64,000 nt of DNA. Origin: Bacilli bacterium. GTDB taxonomy: Bacteria > Bacillota_I > Bacilli_A > RF39 > UBA660. The stretch spans positions 1,297 through 65,296 of the forward strand of contig JAQVKM010000003.1 in NCBI GenBank assembly GCA_028694645.1, read 5' to 3'. Each line of letters begins with the position of its first letter. Position 1 is the stretch's first letter. Shown in pieces: positions 38,444-48,145 of the stretch. The translations under genes and the position numbers were made by a program. The notes beneath the pieces were generated by a model. That model worked only from the letters and a program-made list of their open reading frames with translations. It had not been told where the DNA came from and ran no database searches.

Positions 38444-38908
38444 TTAATCTTTAATTTCTTTAACTTTAACTTTTACGCCATTTATCTCTAATATTTCAAC
38501 GGTTTTGTCAATTTCTATTTTTTTATCAGCAATAGCACTCCATTTTTTACCATCAACTTTTACTTCACCAATAGAATTTTTTTTAATTTCTTCTGTTACA
38601 ATACCATTCATGCCAATAATTCTATCAAAATTTGTTTTAATATTTTTAGTATTTAAAAAATTTTTGATAATTGGTCTTGTTGTTATTAAAAGAATTGTTC
38701 CTAATATTGCAAAAATTGCAAACTGAATTAAAAAATTATTTGTAAAAAAAGATGAAACAATAGCTGCCAAGCCACTTATTACATACCAAATTGTTACAAT
38801 ATTTATTGTCATTGCTTCTGCTATAGCTAATAATATTACAATAGCTACCCATATATAAAACATACTATCACCTGAATTAATTATACTATCATTATTCAAT
38901 TTACACAA
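38444..38908 (-). CDS. NfeD-family membrane protein (partner of the SPFH protein)
   Basis: A 154-aa protein with N-terminal TM helices and a C-terminal OB-fold-like soluble domain. It lies immediately upstream of the SPFH gene, the classic NfeD-SPFH operon. Confidence 0.7.
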   Translation of the reverse strand: MCKLNNDSIINSGDSMFYIWVAIVILLAIAEAMTINIVTIWYVISGLAAIVSSFFTNNFLIQFAIFAILGTILLITTRPIIKNFLNTKNIKTNFDRIIGMNGIVTEEIKKNSIGEVKVDGKKWSAIADKKIEIDKTVEILEINGVKVKVKEIKD

Positions 38909-38911
38909 TAA

Positions 38912-40102
38912 TTAAAAATAAATTTTACCATTTATTATATTTTTTAAATATCTAAAATACAATTTAAAAAAAGTTGCTTTTTCATTATCTTTATTTACTG
39001 TTAAATCAATTTGTGTTGTTTTTTTATTATCAATATTTACTACTATTTTACCAATGATTTGTCCTTTTTTAATTGGTGCTTTTAATTTATTTATATCAAT
39101 ATCATAAGTAATTTTACCTAAATTATCACTTTTTTTCAATATCAAATTTACATCTTCTTTAGCTACTACATTAGAATATTCATTTATTCCTTTTTCAACG
39201 CTTGCTTTAGATATAATATCTTTACTTGATAAAATAGAAACACTTTTATATTGAGCATAACCATAATCAAGTAATGTTGATATTTCACTATTTCTAATAG
39301 TACTAGATGGTTCTTTCATAACTGTAGCTATTAAACGATAATCATTTTTTTGCATAGTTGCAGTTAAACAGTATCCTGCTTCTTCTGTGTAACCAGTTTT
39401 AAGTCCATCAACACCAGGTTTAAATCTTGTTAATTTATTTGTATTTGTCAACCAAAATTCTTTTTCGGTTCCTTTTCTCAAATAATCTTCATATATTGAT
39501 GTAAATGTTAAAATTTTCTCGTGTTTAACTAATTCTTTAGCTATAAATGCCATATCATAAGCACTAGAATAATGATTAGCTTCATCTAATCCATGCGGAT
39601 TTTTAAAATTAGTATCTTTAAGATTAAGTTTTTTAACTTTTTCGTTCATCATTTTAACAAATTCTTCCATTGTTCCAGCTACGGCCTCTGCTAAAGCTAT
39701 AACAGCATCGTTTCCACTAGCTACTGCAACGCCTTTAAATAAGTCCTTAACACTCATTTGTTCTCCTGTTTCTAGTAATATTTGGCTTCCTCCCATACTT
39801 GATGCATTTTCTGATATTGTTAACATTTCATCCCATTTCAAGTTTCCTTTTTCAATAGCTTCAACAATAATTAACATACTCATAATTTTGGTCATTGAAG
39901 CTGGAGCTAATTTTTCATGAGCATTTTTTTCATATAATATTGTCCCTGTTTTAGCATCTATTAAAATTGCTGATTGAGCATTGACAGCTAACGACTCTGT
40001 GTTTTCAAAAGTATTTTCTATATTTTCTGATACATCTGCTTTACAATTTAAAAATGGACATAACATTATTAAACATATCACTATTATTAAACCTTTTTTC
40101 AT
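38912..40102 (-). CDS. dacA: Serine-type D-Ala-D-Ala carboxypeptidase (PBP5/DacA-like low-molecular-weight PBP)
   Basis: A signal peptide, then SMTKIM (SxxK), SGND (SxN) and KTGYT (KTG), then a C-terminal beta-sandwich domain. Confidence 0.9.
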   Translation of the reverse strand: MKKGLIIVICLIMLCPFLNCKADVSENIENTFENTESLAVNAQSAILIDAKTGTILYEKNAHEKLAPASMTKIMSMLIIVEAIEKGNLKWDEMLTISENASSMGGSQILLETGEQMSVKDLFKGVAVASGNDAVIALAEAVAGTMEEFVKMMNEKVKKLNLKDTNFKNPHGLDEANHYSSAYDMAFIAKELVKHEKILTFTSIYEDYLRKGTEKEFWLTNTNKLTRFKPGVDGLKTGYTEEAGYCLTATMQKNDYRLIATVMKEPSSTIRNSEISTLLDYGYAQYKSVSILSSKDIISKASVEKGINEYSNVVAKEDVNLILKKSDNLGKITYDIDINKLKAPIKKGQIIGKIVVNIDNKKTTQIDLTVNKDNEKATFFKLYFRYLKNIINGKIYF

Positions 40103-40149
40103 ATTTCACCTCTATTAAAATTTATGAAAGTAATAAAAAAAAAGAATAC

Positions 40150-40662
40150 TTATTTTCTAAAGTATCCATTATATACTGTTTTTGTTTCATTAACGACAAC
40201 AAAAGCTTTATCATCATATTTTTCTATCATCTTTTTTAAATTATCAAATCTCATTTTATTTATTTCAATAAATAACATATATTTTTCTGTTATATCATCA
40301 TCATTTTTAACATTAAGAACTGATACTCCAAAACCCTGTTCTTTTAAATAAGCCACCATAGCTCTTTTAGAAGTTATAACTTGAACAGTAAAATTACCTT
40401 TAATAAATTTCTCTGATATTGTTCCACCAATAAAAGTCCCAGCAGCATATCCAGATGCATATGCTATAGCTATCCAAATACTTGTATTATTGGTATTTAA
40501 TGCTTCTCTAACAATCATAAACCATATAAAAACTTCCACAAAACTAATTGTACTAGCTAAAATCTTTTTACCTTTAACTGTCATAATAGTTCTAACAGTT
40601 CCTAAAGAAACATCTAATATTCTAACAAAAAATATTTTAATACATAAAAATAGTATTTCCAT
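40150..40662 (-). CDS. DUF2179 / UPF0316-family membrane protein
   Basis: An N-terminal TM pair (MEILFLCIKIFFVRILDVSLGTVRTI) and a C-terminal soluble DUF2179-like domain. The assignment is from memory of the family signature. Confidence 0.45.
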   Translation of the reverse strand: MEILFLCIKIFFVRILDVSLGTVRTIMTVKGKKILASTISFVEVFIWFMIVREALNTNNTSIWIAIAYASGYAAGTFIGGTISEKFIKGNFTVQVITSKRAMVAYLKEQGFGVSVLNVKNDDDITEKYMLFIEINKMRFDNLKKMIEKYDDKAFVVVNETKTVYNGYFRK

Positions 40663-40769
40663 TTTATCACCTTTATCTATTATAACTGAAAAAAATTTAA
40701 AAATAAAGAAAAAAATGTCAATAAGTTGTAATTTATATCTTTTTTGTTTATAATTAAGATGGTGATAAT

Positions 40770-41714
40770 ATGAAAGTTAAAAAAAGAAAAATTAAGAAAA
40801 AAGTAATATATATATTTATAGCTTTAATAATTGTTATTATAGGATCTATAGCTATTAAAAATCATATTGATTATATTAACAGTAATTATTATAAACTAAA
40901 TCAAGTTGGATATAATGATGAAGAAATAGAAACTATTGAAAAATTAAGTGAAAAACAAATAGATATTATATTATCCAAAAAATATGATAAAAAAATTGTT
41001 AGTTTTTTAAAACAAAAATATTTTATTTTTGATAATTTAGATAAATATTTAGAATATACTAAAGAATTTGAAGATAGAAAAATAAGTGATGTTGTAGCTT
41101 TAGTCAATGTTTTAGCTAATGAAGAACATTATGATGAAGAAATTGTAAAACCAACTGATACTTCTAAAGGTATTTTAATGTTAGTCAATAAATATAATTA
41201 TTTAACAAATGAATATGCACCTGATGATATTGAGGAAATTAGTAATTATTACTCTTACGCTGGTAATTCAATAAAAAAAGAAGTTTATGATCACTACAAA
41301 GATATGTGGAATGCAGCTAAAAAAGAAGATTTATCTTTAATTGTTACATCATCATATAGAAGTTACGAAATTCAAAGTAATTTATGGGAAAGTAGATCTG
41401 AGTCATTTGGTGATGAAGCTGCTGATGCTTCTACAGCTAGAGCTGGCTATTCAGAACATCAATCTGGTCTTGCTTTAGATATAGTAACTTATAATGTAAC
41501 TATGAATGAATTTATTAATACAGATGAATTTAAATGGCTACAGAAAAATGCTTATAAATATGGATTTATTTTAAGATATCCAGAGAATAAAACAGAAATA
41601 ACTGGTTATGACTATGAATCTTGGCATTATCGTTATGTTGGTATTGAAGTTGCTACTAAAATACATGAACTTGATATAACATTTGATGAATACTATGCTT
41701 ACTTTATAAAATAA
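40770..41714 (+). CDS. VanY-type D,D-carboxypeptidase (peptidase M15B), membrane-anchored
   Basis: An N-terminal TM segment. Zinc-binding signatures SGYSEHQSGLALDI and ESWHYRYVG. Confidence 0.8.
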   Translation: MKVKKRKIKKKVIYIFIALIIVIIGSIAIKNHIDYINSNYYKLNQVGYNDEEIETIEKLSEKQIDIILSKKYDKKIVSFLKQKYFIFDNLDKYLEYTKEFEDRKISDVVALVNVLANEEHYDEEIVKPTDTSKGILMLVNKYNYLTNEYAPDDIEEISNYYSYAGNSIKKEVYDHYKDMWNAAKKEDLSLIVTSSYRSYEIQSNLWESRSESFGDEAADASTARAGYSEHQSGLALDIVTYNVTMNEFINTDEFKWLQKNAYKYGFILRYPENKTEITGYDYESWHYRYVGIEVATKIHELDITFDEYYAYFIK

Positions 41715-41740
41715 ACTTTAACAATGTTAAAGTTTTTTTC
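41713..41740 (+). terminator. Terminator hairpin between the tandem VanY genes
   Basis: aaactttaac-aatg-ttaaagttt followed by T-run. Confidence 0.55.
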
Positions 41741-41762
41741 ATATAATATAATGGTGAATATT

Positions 41763-42401
41763 ATGAAGAAAAAAGTTTTAATTATATTATTTATTTTGAT
41801 TTTAGTTAAAAAAGATGATTTACATAATAATTTTTATAGAAATATTAAAAATATTGTTAATCCAAATATAATTAATGTTTTAGTTAATAAAGAAAATAAA
41901 TTAAGCAAAAATTTTATTCCGTCTGAATTATTTAAATTGCCCATAGATGTTTCTTATGAAAACAAATTTTTAAAAAAGGAAGCTGCTATTAATTTTATTA
42001 AATTAAGTAGATATGCTAAAAAAAAGAACTTTTATATTGTAGCTGTTTCAACTTATCGAGATTATAAATATCAAAAAAAATTATATGAAAAATATGTTTT
42101 GAATAAAGGACAAACATATGCTGATTTATGTTCCGCTAGACCAGGACATTCAGAACATCAAACTGGTTTAGCTGTTGATGTAATGGGATCTAATTATGAT
42201 TACAATAAATTTAATCAAACTAAAGAATTTAAATGGATGAAAAAAAATGCTTACAAATATGGATTTATTTTAAGATATCCTAAAAATAAAGAATATATTA
42301 CTGGATTTAAATATGAACCTTGGCATTATCGCTATGTTGGTAAAATTTTAGCTAAATACTTATATAAAAACAATTTAACTTTAGAAGAATTTTATAAATA
42401 A
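41763..42401 (+). CDS. VanY-type D,D-carboxypeptidase (peptidase M15B), second tandem copy
   Basis: SEHQTGLAVDV and EPWHYRYVG. The track start at 41724 lies inside the preceding terminator. GGTGA lies 8 nt upstream of ATG 41763 (MKKKVLIILF...). Confidence 0.8.
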   Translation: MKKKVLIILFILILVKKDDLHNNFYRNIKNIVNPNIINVLVNKENKLSKNFIPSELFKLPIDVSYENKFLKKEAAINFIKLSRYAKKKNFYIVAVSTYRDYKYQKKLYEKYVLNKGQTYADLCSARPGHSEHQTGLAVDVMGSNYDYNKFNQTKEFKWMKKNAYKYGFILRYPKNKEYITGFKYEPWHYRYVGKILAKYLYKNNLTLEEFYK

Positions 42402-42412
42402 AAAAAAGAGCT

Positions 42413-42835
42413 TTACTCTTCTTCTAATTCATCTTCTGTTACAATTGATAAATCATCGATATCTTCATCATCCAAATCATCATCTATAACATCATCAATA
42501 TCTTCTATTTCTTCTATTATTTCTTCTTCTAATTCATCTTCTATTTCTATTTCTTCTTCATCTTCATCATCAATAATGATTTCTATTGAATGATTATCTC
42601 TAACATCCCATTCATTGTTTTTTAGTAAAACAAATCTCTTATCTAAAGTTAAAGAAGTATAATAATCTCCTATTTTAGATTCAAAAGCAGCATCTGAATA
42701 ATCTAATAATTCACATATTCTTTTAAATAAAGCAGCTGTTGTCATTGTTATTTTTTCTTCTTTAAGTAACATATAAGTCAAATCAGTATAAGAAAGTAAC
42801 TCTAATTCTTCAATTGGTATTTCTTTTAATTTCAT
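42413..42835 (-). CDS. rpoE: DNA-directed RNA polymerase delta subunit
   Basis: An N-terminal HARE-HTH-like domain (EELELLSYTDLTYMLLKEE...YYTSLTLDKRFVLL...EWDVRD) followed by a long poly-Asp/Glu acidic tail. It lines up closely with B. subtilis RpoE. Confidence 0.8.
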   Translation of the reverse strand: MKLKEIPIEELELLSYTDLTYMLLKEEKITMTTAALFKRICELLDYSDAAFESKIGDYYTSLTLDKRFVLLKNNEWDVRDNHSIEIIIDDEDEEEIEIEDELEEEIIEEIEDIDDVIDDDLDDEDIDDLSIVTEDELEEE

Positions 42836-42859
42836 TTTATTTCCTCCTATTTAAAAGTT

Positions 42860-44557
42860 CTACATTTTTGTTGGAACATCAATCATAAGTAAATTAAACA
42901 TTTCTTTTAATACTTTGGTTGATAATTTTAATATGTATATCCAATCAGTTTTATTTAAATCATTATTTAAACCATTGATATGATTGTTTTGATAAAATGT
43001 ATTTAATAAAACACATAAATCATATATATATTCTGCTATAATACTTGGTGCTTTTTCTTTAAAAGCATTATTAAGTGATAAATCAAATTCTATCATTTTT
43101 TTTCTTAATTCTCTATCATAATTATTATATATATTTTGACTTATATTTTCTACATTTTCATTTAATACCATTTTATTTATTCTTAAATAAGTATATAAAA
43201 TATAAGGCCCTGTTTTGCCTACTACTTCTGAGAATTTAGCTATGTCAAAAATATAATCTTTTTCTCTATTGTTTTGTAAGTCTGCAAATTTTAATATAGC
43301 ATTAACTATTTTATCAATATCCGAATTTAACATTTCTTTGTTAGATTCTTTTTTGGATATAAATATTTCTTTTACTTCGTTAAATAAATCATCTAATTTA
43401 GGAGCGTCCCCACTTCTTGTTTTATATGGTTTCCCATCTAAGCCATTAACTGTCCCAAATCCTAAAAACTCTAAATTGACATTTTTACTAATATTACTTT
43501 TTTTACAAGCTCTAAACACTTGTGTAAAGTGTAGACTTTGTCTTGCATCAGCAAAATATAATATATGATCTGGATTATAATCATTCATTCTTTGATATAT
43601 TGTAGCTATATCTGTTGTTCCATATAAATAAGCTTTGTTACTTTTTTGAAATATTAAAGGAGGTAATTCTTTAGTATCTGTTTTCTCTTTAATATCTATT
43701 ATTTTAGCATTTTGACTTATTTCAAATAAATTTTGTGATTCAATTATTTTTTCAACTTCCAAAATATATTTATATGCATCACTTTCTCCATACCATAAAT
43801 CAAAATTAACATCTAAATATTTATATATTCGTTTTATATCATTACCTGATATTTCACATATTTTTTTCCAATATTTTATATAAGTATCATTTCCATCTTG
43901 TAAATCTTTAGTTATATTAGCACATTGTTCTTTTATTTGTTCATCTTGTTTGCTAAGTAAACTAATTTCTGGATAAATTTTATCTAAGAAATCCAAATCA
44001 ATTTCATTTATATTTTTATTATATTTAATTATTCCATATATTACTTGACCAATTTGTAATCCAAAATCTCCTAAATGAACATCACTTATTGTTTTGTGAC
44101 CCATATAGTCAATTATTCTTTTAACTGACTCACCAACAATAGCACTTCTCATATGCCCAACATGTAATGGTTTAGCTATATTAGGACCACCATAATCTAA
44201 AAAATAAGTTTCTTTTTTTTCCGGTTGTTTTAAGCCTAACTTTTCATTATTATTCATATAAATTAAAATATCATTTATTAATTTGTTAGATATATTAATA
44301 TTTAAAAATCCTGGTTTAACAAATTCTACTTTGTCAAAATAATTATTAAAATTATCTATTTTTTTTAATTCTTCTTCTATTTTAATTCCTATTTCAATAG
44401 GACTTTGATGATAGACACTAGCTAGTTTAAAAATACCATCATATTGATAATCACATAAATCAGGTCTATTTGATTTAATTATCTTAATTTCTTCAGCTTG
44501 ATAATTTAATTTATCAAGTACTTTTTTTAATTGTTCATTTAATACTTCTAAAATCAT
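42860..44557 (-). CDS. argS: Arginyl-tRNA synthetase
   Basis: A 565-aa class I aaRS. The HIGH motif is PLHVGHMRSAIVGE, and the C-terminal anticodon-binding DALR-like domain is present. Confidence 0.9.
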   Translation of the reverse strand: MILEVLNEQLKKVLDKLNYQAEEIKIIKSNRPDLCDYQYDGIFKLASVYHQSPIEIGIKIEEELKKIDNFNNYFDKVEFVKPGFLNINISNKLINDILIYMNNNEKLGLKQPEKKETYFLDYGGPNIAKPLHVGHMRSAIVGESVKRIIDYMGHKTISDVHLGDFGLQIGQVIYGIIKYNKNINEIDLDFLDKIYPEISLLSKQDEQIKEQCANITKDLQDGNDTYIKYWKKICEISGNDIKRIYKYLDVNFDLWYGESDAYKYILEVEKIIESQNLFEISQNAKIIDIKEKTDTKELPPLIFQKSNKAYLYGTTDIATIYQRMNDYNPDHILYFADARQSLHFTQVFRACKKSNISKNVNLEFLGFGTVNGLDGKPYKTRSGDAPKLDDLFNEVKEIFISKKESNKEMLNSDIDKIVNAILKFADLQNNREKDYIFDIAKFSEVVGKTGPYILYTYLRINKMVLNENVENISQNIYNNYDRELRKKMIEFDLSLNNAFKEKAPSIIAEYIYDLCVLLNTFYQNNHINGLNNDLNKTDWIYILKLSTKVLKEMFNLLMIDVPTKM

Positions 44558-44916
44558 TTTATCACTCTTTCATATTCAAATTTAAATATAAAATTTGAAG
44601 TTTTTTCTATACAGTATTCAATATATATTTCATTTTCTTTTATTATTAATTTATTTATATCAATATTTATATCTACAAATTTATTGTTTATATAATATCT
44701 ACAAATAGGATTATCAATATTAAAATGAATAACTATATAACCTAATTCATTATATCTATACATTATTATATTATTATCAAACATTTCAATTGTTACTTTT
44801 TTATTATTATCAAAGTATTTTATTTTATTATTTACAGAAATAGCATTAGTATTTAGAATTTCTTCTTTGTTTTCTAAAGTGTTTTTTAGATAACTACTAA
44901 TTTTTATTTTTGTCAT
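44554..44916 (-). CDS. DUF1934 (YwiB-like) small beta-barrel protein, co-transcribed with argS
   Basis: A 120-aa protein overlapping the argS start by 4 nt. The ywiB-argS arrangement is conserved in Firmicutes. Confidence 0.5.
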   Translation of the reverse strand: MTKIKISSYLKNTLENKEEILNTNAISVNNKIKYFDNNKKVTIEMFDNNIIMYRYNELGYIVIHFNIDNPICRYYINNKFVDINIDINKLIIKENEIYIEYCIEKTSNFIFKFEYERVIK

Positions 44917-45064
44917 AAATTATTCTCCCTTGTTACTTGCATAATTATAATATAGTTACTTTAAAATTGCAACCTTTTTATTATAATTTTATTGTTTTAT
45001 ATTTTATTAAATTATTTATTATATTTCAATTAATAATTGTAATAATAATGATAGAGGTGAAATT

Positions 45065-47023
45065 ATGAAAATAATAAAAAAAATAATTAAAATTTCATTA
45101 CTAAGTTTATTATTGTTTTTTTTATTATTATTAAGTATATACATATATGCTAAATGTTCAGATAAATTACCTATTAATTCTGCCAATAGTTACTATTTAT
45201 ATGACAAAGATAATAATTTATATAATGGTAATAATAAAGAATGGATAAAATTAAATAAAATTTCACATTATTTAGTTGATGCTACTTTGTCTGTTGAAGA
45301 TAAAAATTTTTATAATCACTATGGTTTTGATATTTTAAGAATTATTAAAGCCATGGGAATTAATATAACAAATGGAAAAACACTACAAGGTGCCTCAACA
45401 ATAACCCAGCAATATGCCAAAAATTTATTTTTAAACTTTAATAAGACATGGTCAAGAAAAATAACAGAAGCTTTTTTAACAATAAAATTAGAAACTCATT
45501 ACACTAAAGATGAAATACTAGAAGGTTATTTAAATACTATTAATTATGGTGGCGTTTTTGGTATAGAAAATGCATCTCATTATTATTTTGGTAAAAGTGC
45601 AAGTGATTTAACATTAGCTGAAGCTAGTATATTAGCAGGAATACCAAAATCCCCTTCTAATTATTCTCCTTTAGCTGATGAAAAAAAAGCTAAAGAAAGA
45701 CAAAAATTAATATTAAAAACAATGGTTAAAAATAAATATATTACCAAAAAAGAAATGAATGATGCATATAATACTACATTAACATATAAAAAACTTGATG
45801 TTAATGATAATTTATCTACTTTGATGTATTATGAAGATGCTGTTTTTAATGAACTAAACAATATTTCTTCTATTCCTGATTCTTTCATTGAAACAGGTGG
45901 ACTTAAAATATATACTAATTTAGATATGAATGCTCAAATTATATTAAACGATAAAATTAAAAACAATATTGATCAAGATTCACAAATAGAAATAGCTTCT
46001 GTTTTAATGAATCCTACTAATGGAAATATTTTAGCTATAGCAGGAGGAAGAGATTATAGTAAAAGTGAATTTAATCGTGTAACAAATTCAAAAAGACAAG
46101 TTGGTTCAACAATGAAACCTTTTTTATATTATGCAGCTTTAGAAAATGGATTCACTTCTTCTACTACCTTCACTAGTGAAAAAACAACATTTGCAATCGA
46201 TAACAATAAAACTTATAGTCCAACTAATTATGGAGGCGTATATGCTAACAAATTAATCAGTATGGCTGCCGCTATAGCATATTCAGACAACATATATGCT
46301 GTTAAAACGCACCTTTTTTTAGGAGAAGATGTTCTAGTTGATATGGCTAAAAGACTAGGTATTACAACTAAATTAAATTCTATTCCCTCTTTAGCTTTAG
46401 GAACTAATGAGATAAATATTTTACAAATGATGCAAGCTTATGGCATCTTAGCTAATGAGGGATATAAAATAAAACCACATTTTATAGAAAAAGTTGAAGA
46501 CATTGATGGTAATATTTTATATGAATACAAAAACGAATTAGAAAGTATTTTAAATAAAAGTATTGTTTTTATATTAAATAATTTATTAACTAATTCTTAT
46601 GCTAAAGAATTTATTGATTACACATACCCTACTTGTATTAATATAGCTCCTAAAATGACTAAAACTTATGCTATTAAAACAGGAACTACCAATACAGATC
46701 ATTTAATTTTTGGATACAATAAAGATGCTATATTAGGCATATGGATGGGATATGATGATAATCGAGATACTGATATTAAAGATGGTTCAATTATGAAAAA
46801 CATTTGGATAGATGTTATGGAAAGTTATTTGAAAGATAAAGAAAATAATTGGTATGATATTCCAGATAATGTTGTTGGTGTTTTAGTTGATCCAATTAGC
46901 GGTGTAGTAGCTAATGAAAATAGTACAAATAAAAGCAAAATTTTTTACTATATTAAAGGTACTCAACCATTATTTGATGATGATTTAGATAAAATACTAC
47001 CAACTATAAAGGAAAATAATTGA
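45065..47023 (+). CDS. Class A penicillin-binding protein (GT51 transglycosylase plus transpeptidase)
   Basis: An N-terminal TM segment. GT51 motifs SVEDKNFYNHYGFD and GASTITQQ. Transpeptidase motifs STMKPF (SxxK) and KTGT. Confidence 0.85.
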   Translation: MKIIKKIIKISLLSLLLFFLLLLSIYIYAKCSDKLPINSANSYYLYDKDNNLYNGNNKEWIKLNKISHYLVDATLSVEDKNFYNHYGFDILRIIKAMGINITNGKTLQGASTITQQYAKNLFLNFNKTWSRKITEAFLTIKLETHYTKDEILEGYLNTINYGGVFGIENASHYYFGKSASDLTLAEASILAGIPKSPSNYSPLADEKKAKERQKLILKTMVKNKYITKKEMNDAYNTTLTYKKLDVNDNLSTLMYYEDAVFNELNNISSIPDSFIETGGLKIYTNLDMNAQIILNDKIKNNIDQDSQIEIASVLMNPTNGNILAIAGGRDYSKSEFNRVTNSKRQVGSTMKPFLYYAALENGFTSSTTFTSEKTTFAIDNNKTYSPTNYGGVYANKLISMAAAIAYSDNIYAVKTHLFLGEDVLVDMAKRLGITTKLNSIPSLALGTNEINILQMMQAYGILANEGYKIKPHFIEKVEDIDGNILYEYKNELESILNKSIVFILNNLLTNSYAKEFIDYTYPTCINIAPKMTKTYAIKTGTTNTDHLIFGYNKDAILGIWMGYDDNRDTDIKDGSIMKNIWIDVMESYLKDKENNWYDIPDNVVGVLVDPISGVVANENSTNKSKIFYYIKGTQPLFDDDLDKILPTIKENN

Positions 47024-47070
47024 TTTATTTTAATATTTATTTTATAATATCACTTATGTGGAGGTAAATT

Positions 47071-47556
47071 ATGGAAATTGAAAGAAAATTTATAGTAAAT
47101 AGAATCCCAAATATTAATTTAGAAAAGTTTAAACCTGCTAATGTATCTCAAGGATATTTAACTACTAAAGAATGTGAAACAAGAATTAGAAAAATGAATG
47201 ATGATTATTATCTTACCATTAAAGGAAATGGTGATTTAATAAGATCAGAAGTTGAATTTGATATAACAAAAGAACAATTTATGGAAATAAAAAATACATT
47301 TAACATTCCTTTAATAGAAAAAACAAGATATAAAATTCCTTTAACAGCTAAATTAATAATTGAATTAGATATATATCATAATGAATTAGATGGATTAAAA
47401 GTAGCTGAAATTGAATTTGAAAATGAATTAGATGCTGCATCTTTTACACCACTTTCTTGGTTTGGTGAAGAAGTAACATATGATCCTGATTATAAAAACA
47501 AAAATTTAATTAATAAATCAATTAATAATATTAAGACATATAAAAAGGAATTTTAA
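47071..47556 (+). CDS. CYTH-domain protein (triphosphate tunnel metalloenzyme, YjbK-like)
   Basis: An N-terminal EIERKFIV (the ExExK motif) and a 161-aa beta-barrel-sized protein. Confidence 0.65.
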   Translation: MEIERKFIVNRIPNINLEKFKPANVSQGYLTTKECETRIRKMNDDYYLTIKGNGDLIRSEVEFDITKEQFMEIKNTFNIPLIEKTRYKIPLTAKLIIELDIYHNELDGLKVAEIEFENELDAASFTPLSWFGEEVTYDPDYKNKNLINKSINNIKTYKKEF

Positions 47557-47570
47557 AATTCCTTTTTTAT
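47543..47570. terminator. Bidirectional terminator (aaggaatttt/aaaattcctt palindrome)
   Basis: A perfect 10-bp palindrome flanked by an A-run and a T-run, between convergent genes. Confidence 0.55.
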
Positions 47571-48136
47571 ATAACAAAGATATCTACTATATCTCCATTT
47601 TTAATTAAATTAGCATTAGCATCATCCGTATCTAAATGTAATTCAAAATAAGATTGTTCATCTACTTTTAAAGAAATATTTTTTAAAAAAGCTGCTTTAT
47701 CACCATTAATTGAAACCGCTATTTTATCATCTTTATTAAATCCATATAATTCCATTTGCTTTGGTGTTATATGAATATGACGATCAGCTATAATACATCC
47801 TTCTTCTAAAGCAACACTTCCTTTTGGTCCTATAATAGTCATCGGTTCACTACCTTTTAAATCACCTGATGAACGTACTGGAGGATTAACTCCTAATTTA
47901 TAAGAATCTGATGCCGATATTTCAATTTGAGTATATTTTCTAATTGGCCCTATAATTCTAACGTTATCCATTTGCCCTTTTGGACCTACTATTGTAACTG
48001 TTTCATTTGCAGCAAATTGATTTGGTTGATTTAATTTATTTTTTAAAGTTAATTCATAATTATCACCAAATAATATTTTAAAATCTTCTTCTTTTAAATG
48101 TACATGACGATTAGATATTCCGACTGTTGTTTTCAT
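47567..48136 (-). CDS. pduL: PduL-type phosphate acyltransferase (phosphotransacylase)
   Basis: The N-terminal VGISNRHVHL signature is repeated in the second half (IADRHIHI), as in PduL two-repeat proteins. Confidence 0.6.
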   Translation of the reverse strand: MKTTVGISNRHVHLKEEDFKILFGDNYELTLKNKLNQPNQFAANETVTIVGPKGQMDNVRIIGPIRKYTQIEISASDSYKLGVNPPVRSSGDLKGSEPMTIIGPKGSVALEEGCIIADRHIHITPKQMELYGFNKDDKIAVSINGDKAAFLKNISLKVDEQSYFELHLDTDDANANLIKNGDIVDIFVI

Positions 48137-48145
48137 AAATTCCTC

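Noticed and set aside
41724-41762. The track start of the second VanY ORF (MLKFFSYNIMVNIM...).
   Set aside because: These codons lie inside the terminator hairpin of the upstream gene and lack an RBS. The ATG at 41763 has a GGTGA RBS and starts a typical signal or anchor.
44917-45064. A possible T-box or other leader upstream of the DUF1934-argS operon.
   Set aside because: It is only about 147 nt and entirely AT-rich. It has no AGGGTGGTACC-type box and no terminator/antiterminator pair.
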